From Moniliella sp. 'wahieum' (Eukaryota): DNA of 64,000 nucleotides. Where the stretch lies: contig RSEE01000105.1 in NCBI GenBank assembly GCA_003971905.1, positions 62,001-126,000 on the forward strand, in the 5' to 3' direction. The notes under the pieces were generated by a model. That model was not told the origin of the DNA. It saw nothing but the letters and a program-made list of their open reading frames with translations, and did no database searches. This document shows, in pieces, positions 23,149 through 37,903 of this stretch. Each line of letters starts with the position of its first letter. The stretch's first letter is position 1. Made by a program: the position numbers and the translations under genes.

Positions 23149-26100
23149 GAACTCGGGGGCGAAATGCGAATCATCCGGGCATTATATGACAGTGGGGCAT
23201 TCCCATCCATTTGGAAAGACAAATCCGTCTTCACATCCATGACCCCTTGCGACGACGAGATAGAGGTTGCTAACGGGACACATGTAAAGGCGGAAGGACG
23301 AGGCACGGCCACAATCCGTATCCGATGCTTAGGAGGACACCAAATGGAGATAAAACTCCCCAACAGCCTATACATGCCCCGTTTCAGCCGAAATCTCGTC
23401 AGTGTAGCACACCTGTCGAACACCGGAATCGCATCATACTTCGCCCCACACCAGAAGGGTATCTGGCTTGGTAACCCAGGATCCACCCTACGAAAAGTAA
23501 CCGGCAGTGACTATCAATTCACGATCTTACACAACCCGCGAACGCCACCCACACCCCTGCGGGCCATGGCGACCAAACCGATCAAACCGGCCGACCCACC
23601 CTCAACCCCAAACTCCCTCGCAGCATCCCTGGCCCTGGACCACGTCTCTAAAGCCCACAAACGCTGGAACCACGCAGCCATCGACCTCCTCCCCTGGCTT
23701 ACACGATCGGAAACCGCAGGCCTCCGCGTCACAGCCAAGCATATCTCCCTCTGTCGTTCAGAGTGGGATTGCCCAACATGCGCGGTGGCACTAGCGACAG
23801 CATCGCCCCATCCGAGCCGGGACCGCCTCCGATCCAAAAGACCTTTCGAGGTCCTCCACGTCGACGTAGTAGACCTCCCCCGGGTAACCGGCATGGGGCA
23901 CGGATACGCCCTCGTCGCCGTTGATGACTTCACGCGGTACGTCTTCACCACAGCGATCCCGACAAAGGGCGCTGCAACGAAGGAACTGCGGAACCTCATA
24001 TTGCGGGAGCAACGCTACGGCCCGGACAGACTGCTGCGGACTTTGCGCACGGACAACGCCCCCGAATTGACAAGCGCACTGCAACCTTTTCTGGACGAGC
24101 AAGGCATCACGTCAGAACGGACAATCCCGGGGCAGAGTGCTAGCAACGGTGTGGCTGAGCGTGCCATCCGAACCATAACGACTCGTGCAAGGCAGTTGCT
24201 CTTGGGTACAGGTCTTCCGACGTCGGACTGGTGGGAACACAGCCTCCACGCTGCGTGCTTCACCCAAAACCAAATGCCACTCAAAACATCCGGGGAAGAC
24301 AACAAATCGCGATTTGAGCGATACAAAGGCCACGCATACTCGTTACCGATGCAACCCTTTGGCCGCGTTGCATACCTCCATCTGCCCGAGTCACGCCGCG
24401 AGCACAAGCTCAGCGCGCGGGCAGAGGAAGGTATGCTGGTAGGATACCACCATCAGCGCGGATCAAAGGGATGGCTCTTCGCCACATACCAACCATCCCT
24501 GGGTACCTTCACCTACCGCTGGTCGAAACCGTACAAATGGGGCAACGCCATCTACCCCCATCTCCACCCCGACCACTTCCCACCCGACATCTCCAAATCA
24601 CCTCAAATTAAAATCGACAGTGAAAAAGACGCTAACCCTACTCCGCCAGCCGCGGCAGCACCCATGCCCCGAACCGCCGCCACACCCCAGACACCCGCTC
24701 CCACCACCACCCCCCCTCCGCGCCGCTACCCCCTCCGCCAGCGCACCACCCGCACCTCCCTCGACCTGCACACACTCCCAATCGCTGACGACCCCACCGA
24801 CACGACCTACCATGCTCGTGCTGCAGCCGCCACGCCCCACTGCGCCGCACCAGAGATCGGCATCGCCCGCCCCCTACCTGACACATCCGCCCCCCCGTTT
24901 GCCGACACAGTTCAACCTCCCGAATACGCCGCCATGACTGCTCTCAGCGCACCCATCCACCCGGACACGGTTCAGCTCACCAAGGATGGCGTACCCCTCG
25001 CTCCCAAGACGCTCAAGGGTCTCGAGACTCACCCCTCCTTTGCCATGGTCAAGCAGGCTATGGCCGACGAGGTGGCCACACTCGCGCGATACGGCACCTA
25101 CGAGGCTACGTACCCACCACCGGGTGCACAAATCCTCATAGGACTATGGCGCATCACCACAAAGACGGACGCCGAGGGCCGGTTCCTGCGCCACCGCGCG
25201 CGCTTTGTCGCGGGCGGACACCAACAATCGGCCGAGACTTGGGGCCAGACGTTCGCACCATCGGTGCGCACACCTGCCATCCTGACCCTCGTCGTGCTGG
25301 CCGAGAAGTATAAGTTTGGCCTCTTCTCGGCGGACGTCAATGCAGCGTACCTGAACGCCCCCCTCGAAGAAGCAGTCTACATCCGCCCACCCCCCTACTT
25401 CCCCGAAGCGGGTGGTCGCGTGTGGCGTCTCAAGAAGAGTCTATACGGGCTACATCAGAGCGGAGCAAACTGGGCACGATACATCCGGAACCTGCTGCGT
25501 GACAAGCTCGGCTTCACGCAAAGCTTGACCGAGCCCTGCTTGTTCGTGCGCGCTGCACCACCGGGTGAGCAGATCCTCCTGGCGGTCCACACCGACGATC
25601 TGCTCCTCGCATGCAAGTCACACCAAAAGTACGAGGAGTTTATGGCCGAGATAAACACACACATTGATGTTCGTGGTAACGGTCCCCTTCACTACCACCT
25701 GGGATGCCAATACGATCGGATCGGTGGGGAGCTGTACCTGAGCCAACCAAAGTTCATCGAGGAAGTGGTGGCAAAGCACCACATCAAAGCCCCGTGGATC
25801 CGGACTCTCCCACATCCCGTACGGATGATACCGCCCCGTGCCGACCCTGAACCCCATCCCTCCCAGCCTTGCGCAAGGCATATCAGGGGAAGATCGGATC
25901 GGGACTGTGGGCTGCACGAATGGGCCGGCCTGACTCCCTCTTCGCTATCACGGCCCTCAGCAGAGCCGCTGCCGACCCATCGCAGCAGCATCATCAAGCA
26001 GTCGATGACTTCCTTCGCTACCTGTACCATACTCGAGGAAAGGGCCTGAGGTTGACCCCAACATCAGATGCACCGGCCATTGCGCTGTATACAGATTCCG

Positions 26101-26591
26101 ACTTGGCGGGAGATCCCATCCAGGCACGCTCCACATCTGGATGCCTACTGATGGTGTACGGTGTGCCGGTGTCGTGGCGATCCATTCTTCAGCCGAAGAG
26201 CGTTACCAGTACCGCCGCCGCCGAATATACGGCAGGATATGATGGACTGGTTGACGCCAACTATGTCAAGAACATCATGATCGAGCTTGGGGCCATCGGC
26301 GAGGGTACACCCATTCATTGGTATTGCGACAATAAGTCTGTCGTCGATCTCGCCCACAAATTTGGCAGCACCGGCAAGCTCCGAGAGCTGAAGATCCGGT
26401 ACCACAATGTACGGCAACACGTGGACTCGGGCGAGGCCATACTTGTACACATCCCCGGCGAAAGGAACCCAGCGGACGTCCTCACCAAGCCTCTCGGCCG
26501 TCCCGCCCTGACAAGCCATCTTGCTCAACTCCGCGTCGAGGAGATGGATCCAGTCCACATGACTGGGCCCTCCGGTCAGCGGGGGTGTTGA
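23149..26591 (+). CDS. pol: Pol polyprotein (protease, integrase, reverse transcriptase, RNase H)
   Basis: PR LYDSGA; HKRWNH...CPTC; IN LHVD, DDFTRY, LRTDNAPE, SNGVAER, SKGW; RT DVNAAYLNA, LKKSLYGLHQSG, HTDD; RH YTDSD, AAEY, CDNKS, NPADVLTK; one frameshift near 25800-25870. Confidence 0.95.
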
Positions 26592-26746
26592 CATCCGTCC
26601 TAGGACCGCGCGGACCCTGAGTCACGTGAGTCAGCTTTCATTCCTTCCGAGCTCGCACCAGTCTTCTGGACGAGTCAGTCGCAGAAGCTTCTTAGTCCAA
26701 TACGACGTTCAGTGCTCACATTCTGTGGTAGTAGCGAGGCCGACCA
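26586..26746 (+). repeat. 3' LTR (~160 bp)
   Basis: Matches the 5' LTR apart from a few small indels/substitutions; preceded by GGGGG. Confidence 0.95.
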
Positions 26747-27116
26747 ATGGTGCACTCGTAGCAAAAAAGAAGACCAAAAAGTAGATGTACTGAGAGGCCC
26801 TACGGTTGGGTTGGTACTCTTGTATAACTGAGTGGGAGGACTTGTCGGCGCCACGACAGTGTCCGCACACATCACACATCACACATCACACAACACACAT
26901 CGCGCTGTTCCATCCGCCTTTCAGCTAGGTTCTGTCCCCTATCGGGCTGCTCATGTATCGGTCCATTCCTGTCACTGTCACCTTCACTCTCATTCTGCAT
27001 TCAATACCACTTCTCTCTGTCGACCTCGACCTCGGTCCCCAGTCGCACGCACGCACTGCATGGTAATCGCAAAACCAATGGACTGCACCATGGGGTACTT
27101 GTTGGCACAAAAAAAG

Positions 27117-27211
27117 TGGTCAATATGAGGCTTGAACTCATGACCTTGGCATCACCAACACTCCGGAAGGACATATTAGTACCACGCTCTGACCAACTGA
27201 GCTAATCGACC
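27117..27211 (-). tRNA. tRNA-Ile(AAU) with 21-nt intron (27153-27173)
   Basis: GGTCGATTAGCTCAGTTGGTCAGAGCGTGGTA-CT-AAT-A[intron]A-TGCCAAGGTCATGAGTTCAAGCCTCATATTGACCA; cloverleaf, A/B boxes, oligo-T terminator. Confidence 0.96.
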
Positions 27212-27712
27212 TGAATACGATACCAACCGGTTGCCCACTATGAAGCTTGTACAATGGAATTTCAAGCAGGGTACACCTGGCAGGGACACCGAAATGCGGA
27301 TCCCACTCTAGTCCTGCCGCTATCGACATGACAGCCGTGCGCACTGAGAGCCGAGACTCAGCGCAGCTTGAGCCAAAGAGAGAACAGGACATGTAAACCA
27401 AACTCATCGAGATCGAGACTGGCAGCTACCGCTTAGCTGTCAACGGATCGAGGATCGGTCTATCATTTTACCACGCTTCTATATACCACGTACGAGTTTT
27501 CACCCCCTCTACCGCACCCCCCCACCACACATCTACTGCGCGCGGCCGATCCAGAGGCGTGTCATGATGCATGACATGTGATTACTAGTTACTGGATACC
27601 AAAACCGATACCAAAACCGATACCCAATCCAAAAGAGGTTTTGCCAGAGCCGATACGCCATACCAAAAAACAGGTTGTCAAAACCGATACGCCGATACCC
27701 AAAAAAAACTAG

Positions 27713-30596
<2,884 letters not shown>

Positions 30597-31053
30597 GGAG
30601 GCGGCGGTGTGGGTGCTGTCGCTGTGCTTCGGCGGGGCGCCTGGGCGATGACGTCGGCGGAGAGCAGCAGGCGGAAGGCGGAAGGCGGAAGGGCGCAGTG
30701 ACTGCCCCCCTGCGCGTCGCGTGGGCAGGCGCGGGGGCAGCGCGCCAGCACACGCGCCGAAACGCGCCGAAGCAGCGCGTCGCCTTCGCACCCGCCCCAG
30801 TAGGGTTGCCATTAATGAGTACCCAGCAGTCCATGCAATGGCAGATCTACAACGGCCTCGATACAGGGCACGGGATGAGCATGCGGATGAGCATAGGCAT
30901 AGGCATAGGCATGAGCATGAGGATGGGTGGGAAAAAGAGGGAAGAGGATGAAAGAAAAAGGAGAGGGAAAGAGAGGGAAGAGGATGAAAGAAAAAGAAAA
31001 GAAAAGGAAGGGCAGAGGATGAAAAGGGAGGCACCAATGTCCCCCGAGGAAGT

Positions 31054-34000
31054 TTAGGGTGCGTGCCCTGGGACGCGGGCAACGGGGGCAGACCATGGCT
31101 GTCGTAGTGGGCCAGCGGGGGACCAGGATCCGTGTCGACGGGCACGAGCGGCGGCGTAGCTTTGCGCGCCAAGATGCGAGTGCGAGGGGGACCGGCACAA
31201 TCGGGATCTGGATCTGGTACGGGTCCCACGTCGGGGGGGGTAGCCTGAACAGGAGCCGAAGCCTGAGCCGGGGCTGGAGCCAGACCTGGAACCAGACCTG
31301 GAGCTGGAGCTGGAGCTGGAGCCGGAGCTGGAGCTGGGCTGGAGCGGGTGCGGAGCCGGGGCAGAAGGTGGTGGCAAGCCCATCCCTGCCCCCATCCCCC
31401 CTCCCAATCCAATCCCGGCCCTTAGAGGCGGAGGTGATAGTTTTGCGTCGGCTACTAACGCGTTTAGCCACGGGCCGCGGGTAGACGTGTTGGATCCAAG
31501 GGTGGTGCATGGCCTGGGAAGGCGTGAGACGCTGGTGCTTGTCCCAAGCCAAACACTGGGCAAGGAATCGACAAACCGGTCGTCAGGACATTGACTTAAC
31601 GCCTGGTGCAGTGTCTTGCCGCTGGGCGTACGTGTTTTGCCCTTGGAGTTGACCAGGTGCCGTGGCGGCCCTGCGAGTCAAAGAAGAGCGACGCACGGGG
31701 CGCTTGCTCCACCATCTCCTTGGGAGGTACACCCAGGATCTCCATAATGCATGCTAGCTGTTCCTGCTCGTTCTCCCCGGGAAACAGCGGGTAGCCCGTG
31801 TACATTTCCGCCAGGATGCAGCCCAAGCTCCACATGTCAATCTCTGCTCAGACGGGGGGCTGGTCAGCTGTTGTGCCTAGGATGAGGGGAGGGGGGGGGG
31901 GGGGGGAAGGGGGAGGGAGAGGGAGAGGAAGGGAATCAGAGCAAAAGGGAAGAAGTACGTACCTAGGCCATAACTGATACCGAGGATGACTTCCGGGGAA
32001 CGATAAAAGCGAGACTGGATATAAGTGTAAACCTTTTCGTCTTTGAAGCAAGAGGAGCCAAAGTCGATGACTTTGAGCTGGGACTTGCGAGGGTTGACGA
32101 GCAAGATATTTTCCGGTTTGAGGTCGCAGTGAACGACGTCGTGCTGGACCAAAGGAGGAGAGCACGTAGGATTTGGAGCGTGAAGCGGCGCAAGAGACGC
32201 ACCCGAGCATCCGGCAAACGAATTGCACTTGATCAGTTCGTATAGGTTCATGCTCATTAGTTCCATGGCGATGCACAGGTGGTTACGGAAGTAGAACGAG
32301 TCGACCATGTGCACCACGTTGTGCACGTCGTCCGGGTCCCAATCGACAAGTTGCTGTAGGATCTTGGTCTCGACGAGCGCTTGGTGGTGGAATCGTTGTT
32401 TGTTACGGATCAACTTGATGGCCACCCACTACCCGTCTTGTGATCCTTGCATTTGAGCACCTGCCCAAACGAGCCCCGACCTAGACACTGCACCACCTCG
32501 TACCGGTACGCCAAGTGGTCACGTAAACGACCTTGTAATCCCTCGCTCCGTCGTCGTAGCCATAGTTAAATTCCGGCGGGAGAGGTAGGCAATATGCTTG
32601 CGTGTCGTGCCGGCATAGTAAATCTTCTTACCCTTCATCGTCTGGTTCATCTCCTCCACCTCATACTCGCACAGCCGATTGCCAAACATGACCTCGGCCT
32701 GGCGCACCGAGTACTCGCGCGACCCGGCTTCCGGCAGGGGGAATTCAAATTGCCGATCGAGATCACTTTGCTTGACGCCTTGTGACAGTTTCCGCGTCTG
32801 GTACCGCTCAATGTACCCCTTCATCTCCTCGTCGCCAGATACGGTCGTCCTCGTGATCGCGCTGAATCTCTTCGCTGGACCGCTGTCCACCCCATCACAG
32901 GCACAGGCACAGGCACAGGCACAGGAGGGAGACTGGCGCGGTGCGAAGCAAGCTCCCGCGGAGACGGCTGCTTGTCCAAGTGGTCCGCGTCAAGCAAGTC
33001 GGGCTTCCTGTCAGCCGGAGGCGTCTCCTTGGGAGCCTGCATTTCAGCGGCGCGAATGAGCAAGCCATGGAGAATATTGTTTTCGTTAGGGGTGAGAGGG
33101 ACCGAGGGGTGGTAGAACAAGCTCCGCACCCGCTGCATCACCGCCTCGGTCTCTTCCGCCGTCTTGGCCACCGCACACGCATTCAAGATCGACACGATCG
33201 CAGGAGAAACGATGGGTGGGGGACTAAGGTCAGGAAGCGCAATAGAAGGTGCAGAGGGGGACGCGGGAAGAGGCACAGTCGCCAGATGTGGGGGGACAAA
33301 AAGCGAGATGGGACGCGCGGTCTCACTTGGTTTCTTCAAAGGCAAAGGTCGCGGGTGGGGAGGTACGATGGAAGCAAGCCGTTCCATTTCTTCGGAATGG
33401 GGAAGAGCAGCAGGAGCAGGAGCAGAAGCAAGAGCAGCAGCGGCGGTGGAAGCAGGAGCAGGGCAGGAGCAGGGGCCGGTACCTCTTTGGGGAGCTGTCC
33501 GACCTCTTTTCGTCGTGGATGGGGAGGGAGAGTGCGACTAGCCCGTGCTGTGGGGCTTTTGTTTTGGACTGGTTTCCTGGACACACTCGTCTTACGTTGC
33601 GGGGGAAGGAACAGGAGCCGGTGCCGATGCTGGTGCCGGGGCCGGGGCCGGTGGCGGGAGGGAGAGAAAGCGGTAGGGGCGGCTCTTCCCTCGCGGGCGG
33701 AGGAACGTTGAAGGGTAAAGTACTCCATCGGGCCGAGAAAGAAGAAGGAGCCTTTTCTCTTTGCTGAACAAGTCCTCTTCCTCCTCGCCCTTGCGGCGAC
33801 GAAAAAGGGGGGTGCGACGGGACTTGGGAAGTATCCCCGGTCCTCAGCAGGGCCGGGTCCAACGCAATCGACGACGACGACGCAGACGTACCATTGGGGA
33901 ACAGGACTGAACCTAGCTCGTCCTCCTGTCGCTCCCCCGCCCCCCAGGACTGGGCGAGAAGGAAGTATCTTCCCATCGCGGCGTCGAGCTTTCGCGGCCC

Positions 34001-36256
34001 GACCTTTCCCTCGCGGCAATTTCAACTGCAAAGCCGATCGGCGTTTCCCCTTGGGCGTATCCCGCCCTTGCCCCACCGACGCCTGCCATGTCTTGTCTGT
34101 CTTCTTGTCCCGCTGCCCACCGGAACTGGAGGGCGATCGCAAGGCCTGCGACAAGGTCGAAAGGGAAAACTTGCGCGCGTGGGAACCGGTGCCGGTGCCG
34201 GGGCCGATGCCGGCCTTGTCTGTCTCCAAGCGGTCAGGTTTATCGATGGGTTTGATTTCCTGAGGCATGCGCGGCGGCGTGGGCTTGGGCTTGGCTTTTT
34301 TCTCCGAGGGGCTGGCGGAGATGAGGTAGGCACCACTGGACGAGCGACGAGTCGAGCCTCGTTGGGGAGGCGAGGCGGGCGTCACTTCCCCGGCCGTATA
34401 CGGCGGGGTGAGGAATTGGCTCCTGGCTAGGTGGGGAGACAACCTAGGACACGGTCCTGGGGGCAGGATTTCTCCCGATGCTTGTGCCAGAGCAGGATCC
34501 TTGCGCCAAGAAAGCGGCAGGGCCTTGTCTTCCTCGGAGAGCGGCCCCCTCCATGCTGAGAGGAGCGGGTCCCGGCCCTCTTGATACGAAGGTTTCTCTA
34601 CCAAATCTCTCGGGAGAGGAGGGACTGGCGGGATGGGATCGCGCAAGTGCGTCGAAAACCGCTTCCTCTCCTCTGTCTCGACGCTTCCGCGTGGCTCGTC
34701 CTTGCGTCTTCCGGGGCTGATGCCATCGAGCTTGCGCAGGCTTCCGTCGTTGCCGGGTCCGACAGGATCAGGCCGGATATCCGACGCGATTTTTTGGGTG
34801 TGCCCAAAACGACAGTGGGCGCGGGAGGGGTGGAAGGGTAGGTGCCGGAACCAGTGCGAGAATGAGCATGGGGCTCCTCTCGTAGGATCTGGGCCAGGGA
34901 GGATTGGGGGTATGTTTTCTGCCGAATTGGAGGGAATCATCTGGGTTGATCTCGGCTCGGGCCCGATTGCGAGTAGAGTTGGACCGACTGGGCGCCTCGA
35001 TGGATGAGTTGCGTGACTGGTTATCGGGCGTTTTGCGGCGACGCGGAGGGGTTGCAGCGCCGGAAGCAGTGCCATGAGGAAGGGGTGGAAGGGAAGGGAG
35101 GTTGGCACGGCGCCCTATCTGACCTATCCTGCCCAAGGCTGGGCTAGGATGAGCACTGGCCTCTCCGCTGGTTGTGCCGGGGGTTCCGTCGCGTGACTGG
35201 GTAGTTGGGCGGGAGGAGGTGCGGGGAGGGACGAAGGTGGCAGAGGCAGGGGAAGGGAATGCGCTGATTCCAGCTGGGAACAGAGGATTGGTCAGCTGGC
35301 GGGGTTGGGCTCGCTCCCGTTCGCCCTCGCTGTGGTACTGTAAAAAAGTGGCAAAGGAGGCTTGGAAATTGGCTACCACGTCCACGTCGAGATCAAGACC
35401 GAGGGAGGAAGAGCGGATGGAATCGGTGGGGATGCCAGAGGCGTCACGGGGCGGCAAGGCCGGGGGAGGGGCCGCGGCTGTCAGCAGGGGGTGCCGAGCT
35501 TGACGGGGTCGGGGGCACGTCGTATGGCTAGGAGAAAGAGAGGGCAGGTTAGTAATGAGGCGGATAGAGAGGGAGCAAGGGGGGTGAGGGGGGACGCACC
35601 ATGGCGGAGGTGGAGTTGTCGCGCTTGGGCGGCAGGTAGGCGGTTGGGGCCGGCCTTCGGACACGTCGCGGCGGTGGCGGCGTGGGAGACTGGCAGGGCG
35701 GGCGGGGCGGGGTAGTGCTCCTCGTGGCTGGTTTGGGATCGGGGGCCTTGCGAAGCGGGGTGGCGAGGTGGGCGTAGGCGGCGCGCGGGGGCGCGTCGGA
35801 GGACTGGCGCGATGGGGTGGTCCATGCAGAGGGGCGGCGGGCGGGGCGGTGTGGGGCCGGCGGGGGCGGCGGGGGCGGCGGAGGCCATGCGGCTGGCCAG
35901 CTCGCCAATGCCGACTAGGCCGGCGCGGTCCATGTAGGCGCGGGAGGCGCTGGGGGTGAGGAGGCGGCCGAGGGGGTCGTAGGCGTAGGGGGTGCGCTCG
36001 AAGGGCGTGCGTGGGCTGGCGAGGGCGGCGGGGTGCGGGGCATAGGGGTGGAGGGTACGCTGGGGGCGGGGGTGGGTGCTGGGGAGCGAGTCGGGCACGC
36101 GTGGGGGCGGGCGGTGGCCGTCGAGGTGCTGCTGGAGGCGGCGGGCGCTGAAGCTGTGGGGGAGGGGCCGCTGGTGGTGGGGGAGGAGGCGGCGGTGGCG
36201 GCGGCGGTGCTGGGGACGGTGGCGGCGGGGCCTGCGCCTCGGCGCGGATCGCCCAT
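31054..36256 (-). CDS. DYRK-family kinase (DYRK2/Pom1/Ppk15-like) with long disordered N-terminus
   Basis: [86 protein letters not shown]; introns near 31846-31962 and 35530-35600; start approximate. Confidence 0.92.
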
Positions 36257-37903
36257 GGCGGCGGAGGAGGTGGTGGTGGCAGCGCGTGGCCACCGTGGAG
36301 CGCGGCGTGAATTGAATAGGGCGATGCATGCACCCCGCCGGCTGCGGCTGCAGGCACACTGCCCCCCTGCCGGGCGCGCACCCGCTGCGCCACTGCCCCC
36401 GTGCACTCCGCCACCGGCCGTCGATCGCCGGGCACCAGCCTTACTTGAGCCCAGGCGATCGACAGGCCACCGCACTTTGCTGCTTCATCTAAATACTTCG
36501 TCCGCCGGCTTCCCACGCTGCCCACACGCGTGTCTGCGCGTGTCCACCAAGTTGCGACTAAAAGTAAAAGCACTGAATCGCCTATACCCCATCTCACCAT
36601 CAGGTGTCACCGCGGGATTACCCACGGGGGCGGGGTTGAACTTTGACGACCATCTGGCGGTGTTAGACGTTAGGCGTTACGGGGAGCAGACCGCAAGGTG
36701 GTGCCGGCAAGGGTGAGTTGAGTTGCACGCTGCTCCAATCTATGGTAGAGAGCTCATCGACAAATGTCCGTACAGTTTTGCTTTCAGCCATTTCCATAAT
36801 TGCCCCTCACTCCTTTGCTTGCCCCGTTCGGCTTGACAGTGGGCGCGCCCCAGGCAGCCCCGTGAAGGCAGGCCGGCTTGGGGATAGGCACAGGAAAAAG
36901 AGGGCAGGTCGTCTCTCGGCTAGATGCAGGCGCCAGACGGCAGACCAGCTCGCCAATACATTGCCTCAATACTAAGCCTGACACGAGAGTCTCTCTCAGT
37001 GCAAAGCACCAGAGAGGCCTGCTCGGCAGTACATTCGGCTGCACCACTGTGCTCAACACGGTGAGCGATGGGTCATCGATCATCCACCCCTTCTTGCTGC
37101 GCATCGAGCATCGTTGGCTCTATGTACACTCTACATGTGTTATCCATCTCTATATTTTGTGACCGTGTCATTGACAGCGCCTAAGGCTGGGACAAAAAAG
37201 GAACGCTGCGCCTCAACCGACCTGTTCATCCTGCGTGTGCTGCTTGGTAGCACCAACCCCTTTTAAAGAACCAGGGGAATCACCAGGAGATCAGGATCCT
37301 CTGGTGACCACCATCGTAGCTGTTGCAACGACCATTGACAACCACATGAAGAAGCGGATTCAACGTTCCACTGGCATACTTCTTCTACGTTCAATCTTTC
37401 GGTACATAGCGGTCCACACCTGACCGTTACCTGCATGCGCCTCCTCCAACACCTGCCCTGAACACACACCACACCAAACCCACCGTCGCAAGCTACAGAC
37501 CCACCGTGCTATGCCAGAGGGGAAGAATAGGATGAATCGGCATGATCAAGGTATAAAACAAGTTGAATCTGCTAACCGTCAGTCCTTCCCGACCTGAGGC
37601 CACCCCGCCCGCTGTCGGTGTGGCCCCACGGTTCGTGACTGGTTTACTATTCGGCCTGAAGAAAACGACCGTGGCCAGTGTCCAGTGCCCTCGTCAAACG
37701 GACTATGGAGGAGAGCGATGGGGACCGCTGGGGACCGATGGGAACCGATGGGAACCGATAAGGACCACTACGGCCGAGTGGCGAAAGCAACAAGACGATT
37801 GCGAGCATCCGTCGTGGCGTGGCACATCACCCCCCCCCCCCCTGGTGGTGATACGCAAACCAGCCACCCCCCAGCCGTTCCCATCCTCTATTCCGCCTAC
37901 CAC

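Larger units (their letters stand above)
21714..26746 (+). mobile_element. Full-length Ty1/copia LTR retrotransposon (~5.03 kb)
   Basis: Near-identical TG...CA LTRs; gag then PR-IN-RT-RH order; GGGGG polypurine tract at 26581-26585; flanks CATGG (left) and ATGG (right) consistent with a target-site duplication. Confidence 0.97.

Noticed and set aside
23159..23169. GCGAAATGCGA identical to a stretch of fungal 5.8S rRNA, next to the readthrough site
   Set aside because: Only 11 nt and in sense orientation; chance is a sufficient explanation.
37018..37035. CTGCTCGGCAGTACAT resembling the U6 snRNA 5' end
   Set aside because: No ACAGAGA box or the remaining U6 sequence follows.
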